Virus record (IMG/VR): IMGVR_UViG_3300008117_007749
Origin: a virus
Reading direction: 5' to 3' (one strand)
Length of the DNA stretch: 64,000 bases
The notes under the pieces: model-generated
Database searches by the model: none
What the model saw: only the letters and a program-made list of their open reading frames with translations
Told to the model about the DNA's origin: nothing
Program-made: the position numbers and the translations under genes
Shown: in pieces, positions 50,383-59,396 of the stretch
Numbering within the stretch: the stretch's first letter is position 1
How the letters are laid out: the number at the start of each line of letters is the position of its first letter

Positions 50383-51768
50383 ATGAGAAAATATTCTGAT
50401 AAGTTTTTAAATCAGTCAAATAAACTAAAAGACGCTAGAGTTGGATTCGAGTTTGAGTTCTATATGAAAGATCTTTCATATTATAAAACACTAGAATTGT
50501 TAAATGAAGAACTGGGTCCTGTAAAGGTCTGGGGATTTAGACAATATCACTCTGACTTTACACCAGATGAGAAAAACTTTAAAATAGAGCCTGACCTTTC
50601 CGGTGGATCTAACATGGTGGAATTGGTTACTGGTCCTCTCAATTACTATGACGCTAAATATTATTTGATAAAAATAATTAAATTCATTCAAAACTATGGA
50701 TACACCAACGAAAAGTCTTCTATACACTTTAATGTCTCATTTACAGATAAAGATTTAAATGACCTTAATAGTTTAAAATTAATACTAAACTTAGATGAAG
50801 ATGAGATATACAGAGCTTATCCATCAAGAAAAGACAACGTTTATGCAAAATCAATTAAAAAAATAATACCTTATAAAGAATATGACTTTTTTAATATACC
50901 TATATCGGTTGTTAAAAATAATATGAGACTACCTTCTGATAAGTATTTTGGTGTTAATTTTTTACACGTTAATAACAGTAGGGAAAGCCAAAGATTAGAA
51001 TTTAGATATATCGGAGGTAAAGATTATGAAAAGAATCTTGGTCAGTTAGTTTATTTTCTAGAAAGATTTATAATATCTGTTTTTGATTCAATTGATGTAG
51101 ATTTTAGTCCAGACGATGTTGATATATTGGAAGACTATTTACAAAATAACATTTCTCATTACAAAAATCTATCAAAATATGACAACTTTATAGTAGATTT
51201 TCCAAATGTTCAAATACAAATTGATCAGAACTCAAATTACGATATTGTATCAGCTTATTATTCTAAAATATACAATAAAATATTTGCAGTAATGGACGCA
51301 ATTCAAGATGTAAAAGAGTGTATGTTTAATTATGTCACAACATCTCAATCATTTGAAATTGTTGATGCTAAAATCAAAACATCGTCTATATTAAGGTCAG
51401 TTGATCTTGTTAATTGTGAAGCAGAAGGAATATTTGAGGATTGTTTTTTCTTAGGATGTGAAGTAAAAAACTCACAATGCACAAAATCAAAATTTGAACA
51501 AACCGATGCCTTTGATTCAAAAATCCTTAATTGCAGAGTTGAACAATCGGACTTAACTAATTGTTATTTTATGGATGGATACTTAAATAGTAATATGTTC
51601 GGAGGTGTTTATCGTTCAGGAAAACTTGGACCTTATGCAACTATGGACTCTGAGGTTAAAATTGTTACAGATGATAATAACTTCTTTGATACTAAATATG
51701 ACGAAGAATCAAAAGGTGATAAAAAGGGAATGATTGATGGATATGGCAAGTCGTTTGATAAAAAATAA
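50383..51768 (+). CDS. Putative amidoligase (COOH-NH2 ligase) with C-terminal beta-helix repeats
   Basis: VGFEFEF, IEPDLS, ELVTG, SIHFNVS, KYFGVN, RLEFR; Cys-rich pentapeptide-like tail. Confidence 0.75.
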   Translation: MRKYSDKFLNQSNKLKDARVGFEFEFYMKDLSYYKTLELLNEELGPVKVWGFRQYHSDFTPDEKNFKIEPDLSGGSNMVELVTGPLNYYDAKYYLIKIIKFIQNYGYTNEKSSIHFNVSFTDKDLNDLNSLKLILNLDEDEIYRAYPSRKDNVYAKSIKKIIPYKEYDFFNIPISVVKNNMRLPSDKYFGVNFLHVNNSRESQRLEFRYIGGKDYEKNLGQLVYFLERFIISVFDSIDVDFSPDDVDILEDYLQNNISHYKNLSKYDNFIVDFPNVQIQIDQNSNYDIVSAYYSKIYNKIFAVMDAIQDVKECMFNYVTTSQSFEIVDAKIKTSSILRSVDLVNCEAEGIFEDCFFLGCEVKNSQCTKSKFEQTDAFDSKILNCRVEQSDLTNCYFMDGYLNSNMFGGVYRSGKLGPYATMDSEVKIVTDDNNFFDTKYDEESKGDKKGMIDGYGKSFDKK

Positions 51769-51795
51769 TGAATAATCAATATTAATATATAAATT

Positions 51796-54018
51796 ATGAA
51801 TATAAAAGACTATAGATTGTTTTTAGGATTAGAATCCGATGAACCAATTAACGAAGAAGTTGGACTTAGAAATCTTAAAAAGATTGCAAAAAGCTTAGAT
51901 AAAATAGACCAAGCACTTGTTGGTACTACAAGAATGGAAAAAAATCCATCATCAGCTGCAAATAAATCAGATTTATCAGATGTTGTTGGATCTACAAGAA
52001 AGTGTGAAATTTATTTTCACAAAGACTTAGATGGAGTTACATCAGCTCTTGCAATGAAACAAGTTCTAAAAGGTCAATACAACATTGATACAGTTGATTG
52101 TCATACAATTCAATATGGTGGATTAGAGTTTGCGGTTCAACCACCAAAACCCGGAAATTTAGCCGTACTTGTTGATTTTGCACACTCTAAACCAATGTTC
52201 ACAATAGCAACAGACCATCACCAAGAACAAGTCGGGGCCGAAGATACTAAATCAACTTACTACAAACATTCAAGGTCAAATGTTGAAACCATCTCGGGTG
52301 AAATTGCAAAACAAGAAATATTCCCACAAGGAGACATCAATTTTATTCAAACTATAGACTCTGCTAACTTTCTTAAATATGGAATTCAACCAGAAGATGT
52401 TCAACAATCAATAATTCAATTAGACAAATCACAACCGATAGATAAATTAAAATTTACTATGGGATTCGTTGTTAATAGACTTCTTTTAGCTTATAAAAAT
52501 AAAAGAATAACAGTTAAATCAAAAGATGGAAGTAGAGATCACATTAATAGAAACTTCTTAGAATGTTTATTGTTGGATTCAAATCCAAATCTTTATTCAA
52601 TGTTTAATAATATTAAACACTATATTGCAAATGCTAAAACAAGTGATCGTTTAGGAAGACTGGCTACTCCACAAGAAGTTGCTAAAAATTTATCTGATTA
52701 TATTCAGAGAATGAAAACATATAAAGATAAAACATTTGATGATAATTATAAAATTATACAACAATATGGTGGAGGTGATATGATGAAACCAGGATCATAT
52801 GATAGATATGTAGTATTCAAAAATACACCAGATGCAGAGTTTGTTTGTATTATTTGGCCTATGGGTCTTATTCAAGTTTCATGTAATCCTTTTAGAGAAA
52901 AGAAGTTAGAAAAAATTAATTTAGGTGAGATAGCTAAAGAAGTCTTATCAAAATATGAATCAATTTTTAAAAGATATTTTATTTCATTAGAAGCAATAAA
53001 ACAAGTTTATGAAACTTCCCAAGATTGGAATCAAATGCAAAAAGCAATTGGAGATAGCTATGTTGGTATAGGATTTAAATTTTCGGATTTAGAAGCATTT
53101 TATATTGATTGCATTTATAATAAACAGGACAAAGTTGCTAATATTTTAAATAAATCTCTTGAGATTGATTTTAGAGCAAATTCTGAAAAATATGAAGATA
53201 TCGATGTAATTATTGACTTTAATGGTAAAAAATTTCAATTTAAAATAACTGAAATTGATTCTATAAAAGAATTTGTTAAAATTTGTGGAAAATTAGGATT
53301 AAATGCTGAAAATAAACTAACACCTTTTGTAAAAACTAATCAATTTGTAGAATCTACACCGTTTATAAGTGACATTTCAAAAAAACAAATCGAAGGTGCA
53401 AAAAATAACATCACAAACCTACTTAAATCAAACGAATTAATAGGCGGAGGTATTGTATCAAAAAGAGATAAAATAACAGTGTTTGAAGCTCTTCCTGATA
53501 AGAGATTAAAAGTCGCAATGGATACTAATTACAACGACTTAACTTTAGAACAGAAAAACTATCTTAGTAGTTTAAAAATACCAGTTTGGGAATTAATTAT
53601 AAGAAATTCAGGAGGCCATCCTTCGATTACAAATATATCAGGTCTGAACTTTTTAGCATACAATAAGAAAGTTATGAAAATTGCTTATAATACTGAGAAT
53701 TACACAGATATTTTAAAAATGATAGCAAAAGATATTATAGATAATCTTAAACAAAAGATAGATATTGTTAATTCTGGGGAATCAGTTACATATGACACTA
53801 AAGGAGTTGAACTTTATGGACAAGACACAAACGAAAGTTTTGACTACCAATTAGTTGATAAAAACACAGGGGTGCCAAAATCCGTAACAAGAGAAGAATT
53901 TATTAAAGCAGGAGCTGAAAAAGCTATGAGACCTGATAGAAAGAGTTTAATGACAATTGATACAGAAAATAAAAGAGTAATTGCTAAATTTGAATCTTTT
54001 AATAATTCAAAATTGTAA
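51796..54018 (+). CDS. DHH-family phosphoesterase with insertions and CTS-like N-terminus
   Basis: HKDLDG, LVDF, TDHH, IDSA, SGGHP; MNIKDYRLFL..EPINEE; ends IAKFESF. Confidence 0.8.
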   Translation: MNIKDYRLFLGLESDEPINEEVGLRNLKKIAKSLDKIDQALVGTTRMEKNPSSAANKSDLSDVVGSTRKCEIYFHKDLDGVTSALAMKQVLKGQYNIDTVDCHTIQYGGLEFAVQPPKPGNLAVLVDFAHSKPMFTIATDHHQEQVGAEDTKSTYYKHSRSNVETISGEIAKQEIFPQGDINFIQTIDSANFLKYGIQPEDVQQSIIQLDKSQPIDKLKFTMGFVVNRLLLAYKNKRITVKSKDGSRDHINRNFLECLLLDSNPNLYSMFNNIKHYIANAKTSDRLGRLATPQEVAKNLSDYIQRMKTYKDKTFDDNYKIIQQYGGGDMMKPGSYDRYVVFKNTPDAEFVCIIWPMGLIQVSCNPFREKKLEKINLGEIAKEVLSKYESIFKRYFISLEAIKQVYETSQDWNQMQKAIGDSYVGIGFKFSDLEAFYIDCIYNKQDKVANILNKSLEIDFRANSEKYEDIDVIIDFNGKKFQFKITEIDSIKEFVKICGKLGLNAENKLTPFVKTNQFVESTPFISDISKKQIEGAKNNITNLLKSNELIGGGIVSKRDKITVFEALPDKRLKVAMDTNYNDLTLEQKNYLSSLKIPVWELIIRNSGGHPSITNISGLNFLAYNKKVMKIAYNTENYTDILKMIAKDIIDNLKQKIDIVNSGESVTYDTKGVELYGQDTNESFDYQLVDKNTGVPKSVTREEFIKAGAEKAMRPDRKSLMTIDTENKRVIAKFESFNNSKL

Positions 54019-54391
54019 TTTCAATTTCTTCTTTTAGTTTATCATCATTTAATATAGCATCTATTTTGTTATCTCTCATCACACTTTTATCATATTTTAG
54101 GATGATTGTATCTGATGGTGAAAAAAGATCTAAATAAATTTCAATTCCATTTATCGAACCCATATGTCTAAGAGGGTCTTCATTCATTAGTGAATCTAAT
54201 TTTGCAAATTTAAAAGAACTGTTCGCTTCCAATATATTATAAATAGACATCGGAACTATCATAAAATTTTGACCAGTTTTATTTCTTTGCATAACTATCT
54301 CCTTGATCAATCTATTTGATTTTAATTGAGCCAATTCAAAACTTGTCTCTGCCCAACTTAAAGCATCACCTTTACTTAAATCAATTATCAT
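53999..54391 (-). CDS. Stand-alone fragment resembling the T4 gp23-type major capsid A-domain, with RDNKIDAIL tag
   Basis: EIVMQRNKTGQNFMIVPMSIYNILE...GSINGIEIYLDLFSPSDTIILKY compared with gp23 EIARQTGRGEGNFIIASRNVVNVL...GVLGGKYRVYIDQYAKQDYFTVGY (recalled). Confidence 0.55.
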   Translation of the reverse strand: MIIDLSKGDALSWAETSFELAQLKSNRLIKEIVMQRNKTGQNFMIVPMSIYNILEANSSFKFAKLDSLMNEDPLRHMGSINGIEIYLDLFSPSDTIILKYDKSVMRDNKIDAILNDDKLKEEIEITILNY

Positions 54392-55043
54392 TTAATATTA
54401 AATTTATTTTATCTTCTCTTAACTTCTGAGTATTAACAACTCTAATTTTATAAACTTTATAATCACAATTGTATATTGGGATTTTTATTGAATGTTCATT
54501 GGATGAAAATCCTTTGTTAATTACGTAATTCATATTTTGTAAAGACCATACCATACTTTGAATTGGTCTATCTGTTAAATAAAAACAACAATCATCGATA
54601 TCATCCTCAATTTTAGGGGAATAGTAAGCTGAGACTTCAACCCCGTGAGACATAAGTTTAAATCTACGTGTAAAATAACTAGGTAGAAAACCTTTATCAT
54701 CATCAGATTCTAAAACATGACTTCCTAAATTTAAATTAAGATTTGAATTAATTGAATAAAAAATAATTTTTGGATTAATAGGTATTTTATTAATTAATTC
54801 ATAAATGTCACTAAAATTATTTCTATGTATAATAGTTTCCTTTGACTTTTGTAACATTTGTTCAAAAGAAAAATTATAGATATCAATCATCATATCTTTT
54901 ATTAATCCAGCTGAAAAAGAAGAGTGTTTTATTTTTTGATAATAACTTTTATCTACGGAACTTATCACATCACCGGAATAGATGAAATCAATTTTTTGTA
55001 AAAAATCTTCTAATGTCTTTTTATAATTATCCAAACCAGTCAT
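54381..55043 (-). CDS. Hypothetical protein with C-terminal REDKINLIL tag
   Basis: 220 aa; overlaps downstream gene. Confidence 0.6.
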   Translation of the reverse strand: MTGLDNYKKTLEDFLQKIDFIYSGDVISSVDKSYYQKIKHSSFSAGLIKDMMIDIYNFSFEQMLQKSKETIIHRNNFSDIYELINKIPINPKIIFYSINSNLNLNLGSHVLESDDDKGFLPSYFTRRFKLMSHGVEVSAYYSPKIEDDIDDCCFYLTDRPIQSMVWSLQNMNYVINKGFSSNEHSIKIPIYNCDYKVYKIRVVNTQKLREDKINLILNDN

Positions 55044-55086
55044 TCCTAATTCTATCTTTTTATTTGTTAAAGTTTATATATAGTTT

Positions 55087-55668
55087 ATGATATTTATCAA
55101 ACTATTTGAAGAATTTAATCAAGAATTAGGAAATTTAATAGACATTCTTAAAAAGTATGATGTACCAGTTGATTTATGGGGAACAGGTAAATCTAAAACA
55201 ATACAACATCTACTTAAAGAGTTACAAGGAAATGAGTGTAGCATACAAGAAGAAGGAGAATCAATTACAAGATATATTGAATTTGTTGGAATAAAAATAT
55301 ACTACACTGATAAAGATGATCAAAGATGGTTTCTTAAGGAAGAAAAACAAGAATTTAATGACGGTAGAGTAAGAAGGAGAAATATTCCAAGTTCAGTTTC
55401 TGAAAAAATGAAATTTGGAGAGAATCCATCTTTAGCAGCTATTAGGGGAATTGAGGAAGAATTAGGTGTGAAAATAAATCAATCTCAACTATCAAAACAT
55501 TCCGACTTAAACTATGACGGTGGATCTGTTTCTTATCCAGGACTTGACACAAAATACAAAGGACATAGATTTATATGCAATTTTAATGATACTCAATTTG
55601 ATCCAAACGGATATATTGAAGTTCAAGAAGATAAGAAAACATTTTTTGTCTGGACTAAGCTCAATTAA
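55087..55668 (+). CDS. Nudix-like hydrolase with CTS-like N-terminus
   Basis: EKMKFGENPSLAAIRGIEEELG (degenerate Nudix box); MIFIKLFEEFNQE. Confidence 0.7.
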   Translation: MIFIKLFEEFNQELGNLIDILKKYDVPVDLWGTGKSKTIQHLLKELQGNECSIQEEGESITRYIEFVGIKIYYTDKDDQRWFLKEEKQEFNDGRVRRRNIPSSVSEKMKFGENPSLAAIRGIEEELGVKINQSQLSKHSDLNYDGGSVSYPGLDTKYKGHRFICNFNDTQFDPNGYIEVQEDKKTFFVWTKLN

Positions 55669-55711
55669 ACATTTCCCAAAAAAAATAATATAATAAGAAA
55701 AAAATTATATT

Positions 55712-56128
55712 ATGATTGAAAATGGCACAATAGTCAACGTAAATTATGTCGGTAAGTTCCCGGATGGTACAGTATTTGACTCATCTGAAGGTAGAGGTCT
55801 TTTGCGTTTTGAAATCGGTTCAGGTCAAATTATTCCAGGATTTGAACAATCTCTAATGGGTAAAAACGTTGGTGATAAAATAGTGACTGAGATTTCACCA
55901 GAAATGGGATATGGATTACCAAAAGAAGAATTGATAGTGAAAATTCCACGAGATAGAGTTCCTGAAAATGTTGAAGTAGGTCAAGAACTTCAAGCAAATT
56001 CGGAAGAAGGTCAAGTTGCTACAGTTTATGTAAAAGAAGTATCAAACGATCACATCATTATTGATGCTAATCATCCTTTAGCAGGAAAAGATCTTGTTTT
56101 TGAAATTGAAGTAGTTAGTTTAGGTTAA
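55712..56128 (+). CDS. FKBP-type peptidyl-prolyl isomerase (SlyD/FkpB-like, with IF chaperone insert)
   Basis: DGTVFDSS, GQIIPGFE, GYG, DANHPLAGKDLVFEIEV. Confidence 0.95.
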   Translation: MIENGTIVNVNYVGKFPDGTVFDSSEGRGLLRFEIGSGQIIPGFEQSLMGKNVGDKIVTEISPEMGYGLPKEELIVKIPRDRVPENVEVGQELQANSEEGQVATVYVKEVSNDHIIIDANHPLAGKDLVFEIEVVSLG

Positions 56129-56275
56129 TTATCTACCCTGACCTCTATAAGCTTTTCTATAATTTGTAGATTTTTTGCTTCTAGAGTTTTTCTTTTTGGA
56201 ATGAACTCCTGGTCTCTTTTTGTGAGGTCTAGCAATGTGATTTCTTACAGTTGAAGTAGTGGTTTTTTTAGCCAT
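56129..56275 (-). CDS. Small basic protein ending YRGQGR (48 aa, not in ORF track)
   Basis: MAKKTTTSTVRNHIARPHKKRPGVHSKKKNSRSKKSTNYRKAYRGQGR; ATATATA upstream. Confidence 0.75.
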   Translation of the reverse strand: MAKKTTTSTVRNHIARPHKKRPGVHSKKKNSRSKKSTNYRKAYRGQGR

Positions 56276-56349
56276 GTTTTTAATTTTTCTTTTATATATA
56301 AATTAAAAATATGAAAAAACCACTACTTTTTTGTTTTAATATATAAACA

Positions 56350-57048
56350 ATGAGATTACTTATTTTCTTATTAATTTCATTTAATTTATTATCACAAACT
56401 GAAATTAAATTAGATAACAATTTTACCGGAATTTTATCCACTAATAAAACAACAACGTTTGGTTTTAATTATGTAGGCAATAACTCTATAGATTTTAAAA
56501 AAATATCTTATGATTTTTCAACAAACTATTCCACAAGATTCTCTCCAAATCTTAAAGAAAACGAATTTAACCAAAGGCAAAATATTGGATATGAAAAAGA
56601 AAAATGGGATTTATTTATTACACATCAATATAACTATTCACTAATTAGACAAATTAACTCTGATAATTGGCTTGGTGTAGGTGGTGGATTAAAATTTAAA
56701 TATAATTGGGGTAAAATATCTTTATCATATGCGACAATTTATCAAAGTTCAAATTATTTTGTAAATGAATCTGAATATTTATTTAGACATTCATTAAGAA
56801 CAAAAATTAAATATGAAAAAAAGAACATATCTTTTTACTCCGAATACTTCTTTCAACCTAATGTATCAAATTTTGATGATATCATTATATATGGAAATAG
56901 TAAGATAAGTCTTCTTCTTAATAAATCTTTAAGTTTCATAATTCAAGATGTTGTCAATTGGAGAAGCACATCAGATGTTAAATTAATTCACAATTTAAGT
57001 TTAGGAATCGGTTATAAATTTAATAAAGTAATTAAAAAGAAAGATTAA
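56350..57048 (+). CDS. Outer-membrane beta-barrel-like protein (DUF481-like)
   Basis: Signal peptide, alternating aromatic beta strands, EYFFQPN, C-terminal LSLGIGYKF. Confidence 0.65.
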   Translation: MRLLIFLLISFNLLSQTEIKLDNNFTGILSTNKTTTFGFNYVGNNSIDFKKISYDFSTNYSTRFSPNLKENEFNQRQNIGYEKEKWDLFITHQYNYSLIRQINSDNWLGVGGGLKFKYNWGKISLSYATIYQSSNYFVNESEYLFRHSLRTKIKYEKKNISFYSEYFFQPNVSNFDDIIIYGNSKISLLLNKSLSFIIQDVVNWRSTSDVKLIHNLSLGIGYKFNKVIKKKD

Positions 57049-57662
57049 GCAAATTTATCCGTAAACCAACTCGAGAAGTTCTTTAACCATTGAGGTTTCC
57101 AAGAATCTTTCTTAGATTGATTCTTTGAATAGATATCATTTTGAACACTGCTCATCAAAAAAGCCAACTGCCATCCCGAACCATCACTAGCAACAAGAGC
57201 TGATTGACTCATTCCATCTAAGAGTGACCAAGTTGATTCTTGTTTTACTCTACTTTTAGCATCTTCTAATGAGATACTTTCCAAATTTAACTTTTCAATA
57301 ATATCATAAGGAACTTTGGCTTCTAATTTCCATTCATGTCCGTCAAAGTGACCCTTAGATCTTTTAACTAAAGAATCATCAGGTGTCCAAAATTCATAAA
57401 CATATTTAATAACTTTATCACCTGGTTTATAAGAACACCAAAAGTCTTGAGCATTTACCTCCTGATCTTTAAGTTTTTTACCACCTTCAACAGAGTTTTT
57501 AACTGTTTCTAAAAAAAAATTTAGAATCAAAGACTTTTCCTCATTCTCAGTAGAAAACCAAAATGTCTCTTCATCTTTTTCAGAATCACTAGTAGCCGCT
57601 GGTAGTTTATATTCTTTTCCTTCATTGATAGAAAATTTATCAAAATTTTTAATATTTTTCAT
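57045..57662 (-). CDS. Putative internal head protein
   Basis: MKNIKNFDKFSINE. Confidence 0.6.
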   Translation of the reverse strand: MKNIKNFDKFSINEGKEYKLPAATSDSEKDEETFWFSTENEEKSLILNFFLETVKNSVEGGKKLKDQEVNAQDFWCSYKPGDKVIKYVYEFWTPDDSLVKRSKGHFDGHEWKLEAKVPYDIIEKLNLESISLEDAKSRVKQESTWSLLDGMSQSALVASDGSGWQLAFLMSSVQNDIYSKNQSKKDSWKPQWLKNFSSWFTDKFA

Positions 57663-57736
57663 ACTTTATATATTAATTTAAAAAATAAAAAAATGGTTTT
57701 AAAAACTAAATATATACAGAAAAATTAATTAGAATT

Positions 57737-58303
57737 ATGAAATACATTAGAACATTTGAAAGTTTCTCTATCAATGAAAACGCATCATATGAAGGTGTTT
57801 ACGATATAGTAAGATCAGAGGTAAGTAAAATGACAGAAGATCAGAAAAAAGGTCTTTTAGACGAAGCTCAAAGAATAGCTGACAAATTAGGTGTTCCATT
57901 AGAAAAAATGGCTGATCCGGAATTTGCAACTAAAGCGATGATTGAAGAATCTGAAAAAGCTGGTATTCCTGTAGAGGAAGGAGCTTTTGGTGATGCTTGG
58001 GAATGGTTAAAAACAAGATCTGCAGGATTCTACAGAACTTTAAGTAGAGTTTTAGGAGTTGGTGGATTTTTAGCAAGTGCTGCTACGGCTATTACTGGTA
58101 TTGTTTGTGGTACTCCTGAAAGAGAAGCATTTACTCTTTGGGTAAGAGATTTAACTGGTATCGGTGAATTAGATAGAGGAACACAAGCAATTTTATGTAT
58201 GTCTGGTCTTATTGGTATAATTCTTTCATTTGTAGTTGGCGGTACTTTATCACACAAAGCAGACGAAGTTGAAAGAGAACAAAAATACGGAACTAAATTC
58301 TAA
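57737..58303 (+). CDS. CTS-bearing two-TM protein
   Basis: MKYIRTFESFSINE; two Gly-rich hydrophobic helices. Confidence 0.65.
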   Translation: MKYIRTFESFSINENASYEGVYDIVRSEVSKMTEDQKKGLLDEAQRIADKLGVPLEKMADPEFATKAMIEESEKAGIPVEEGAFGDAWEWLKTRSAGFYRTLSRVLGVGGFLASAATAITGIVCGTPEREAFTLWVRDLTGIGELDRGTQAILCMSGLIGIILSFVVGGTLSHKADEVEREQKYGTKF

Positions 58304-58319
58304 TAATATTTTTTTAAAT

Positions 58320-58348
58320 AAAAAACCCACCATTTGGTGGGTTTTTTT
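58320..58348. terminator. Bidirectional intrinsic terminator
   Basis: aaaaacccacca-tt-tggtgggttttt. Confidence 0.9.
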
Positions 58349-58688
58349 ATTTTGAAAATTTTTCTTGTTTGATTTCTCTCAAAGCCTTAATCACCATGTC
58401 ACACTCATTTAATGTCGGTAACAAATTCTTAGTATGTTGACCTTTAACATAGAAGGTGTAAAATAACAAATGAATAACTAAATAAAAAATAGAGACAGAT
58501 GGTGAGAATCCATAAAAAGAAGTGATGATTCCAAATCCAATCAAAAATGGAATTGTCGACACAGCAAATAAGAATAATTCTGTAAATAAAAATCGAACAA
58601 TTGAAAAGAAAATAATACTTTTCTTAATATCAGACAAAGAGTAGTTCTTTGATTCAAACTCTGATTTAATCTCATTAAATGTTTTCAT
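58347..58688 (-). CDS. Two-TM membrane protein, paralog of 61001..61330
   Basis: Hydrophobic hairpin, HL..Y/W..F..KG, ALREIK. Confidence 0.65.
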   Translation of the reverse strand: MKTFNEIKSEFESKNYSLSDIKKSIIFFSIVRFLFTELFLFAVSTIPFLIGFGIITSFYGFSPSVSIFYLVIHLLFYTFYVKGQHTKNLLPTLNECDMVIKALREIKQEKFSK

Positions 58689-58712
58689 ACTGTAGTGATT
58701 TATTTATAAATA

Positions 58713-58743
58713 CAAATATAATACACTTTTTTTAATTGGCAAA
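58713..58743 (-). promoter_or_regulatory. Bacteroidota primary-sigma (early) promoter
   Basis: TTTG-N19-TATATTTG on the minus strand. Confidence 0.8.
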
Positions 58744-58772
58744 AAAAAATCTCACAAAAAGTGAGATTTTTA
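58741..58772 (-). terminator. Intrinsic terminator
   Basis: aaaaatctcac-aaaaa-gtgagattttt. Confidence 0.8.
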
Positions 58773-58774
58773 TT

Positions 58775-59122
58775 TTAATAACTATTATCTGTTGAATGAA
58801 TTACTTCAAATCCACCTGTTTTAGTCCAACTTTCATCAATCTTTCCAGACTCGTGCCAACTATCTTCTCCCTTCCAAGCCGAATTTGAATACTCAGTCAT
58901 TTCCGGTTCAAGTAAGTATCCTAATTGATTTTGAGTTTCCTCATCAAATTCATCCCAAATGTCCTCAAACTCCCAAGTATTTTGGCTAATATAGTTAAGA
59001 AAATCCTCTTCACTTTCACCTTCATATGGTATTGATAAATTCCTGAACTCATCAGGGTCTAAGTTAGCAACTTCAGAGCAATAATTAATTGTCACTCTTT
59101 CACACTTTCTAATTTGATACAT
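58775..59122 (-). CDS. Small acidic protein
   Basis: 115 aa, D/E-rich with aromatic residues. Confidence 0.65.
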   Translation of the reverse strand: MYQIRKCERVTINYCSEVANLDPDEFRNLSIPYEGESEEDFLNYISQNTWEFEDIWDEFDEETQNQLGYLLEPEMTEYSNSAWKGEDSWHESGKIDESWTKTGGFEVIHSTDNSY

Positions 59123-59140
59123 AATATACTATTTAATTGA

Positions 59141-59344
59141 TTAATCTTCTTCTTCAATTTCGAAATCATACTCATCTTCATTGGTGATTTTATCCCATTC
59201 AAGATCTTGATTTCCTCGGAAGTCCACTTCTTCGTAAAATCTATCCTCATCTTCTTCAAATAAAGCCGCCTCTTCATCAGTTAATTCTGCTGAATACTTA
59301 CAAATTGTAGTGTAAGACTCAAACCATACTAGTTTTTTTCCCAT
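59141..59344 (-). CDS. Small very acidic protein
   Basis: 67 aa, roughly one third D/E. Confidence 0.65.
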   Translation of the reverse strand: MGKKLVWFESYTTICKYSAELTDEEAALFEEDEDRFYEEVDFRGNQDLEWDKITNEDEYDFEIEEED

Positions 59345-59396
59345 AATAATAAATTTAAAAGTTATAAATGATATATTTAAATAAATAAAAAAGTTT

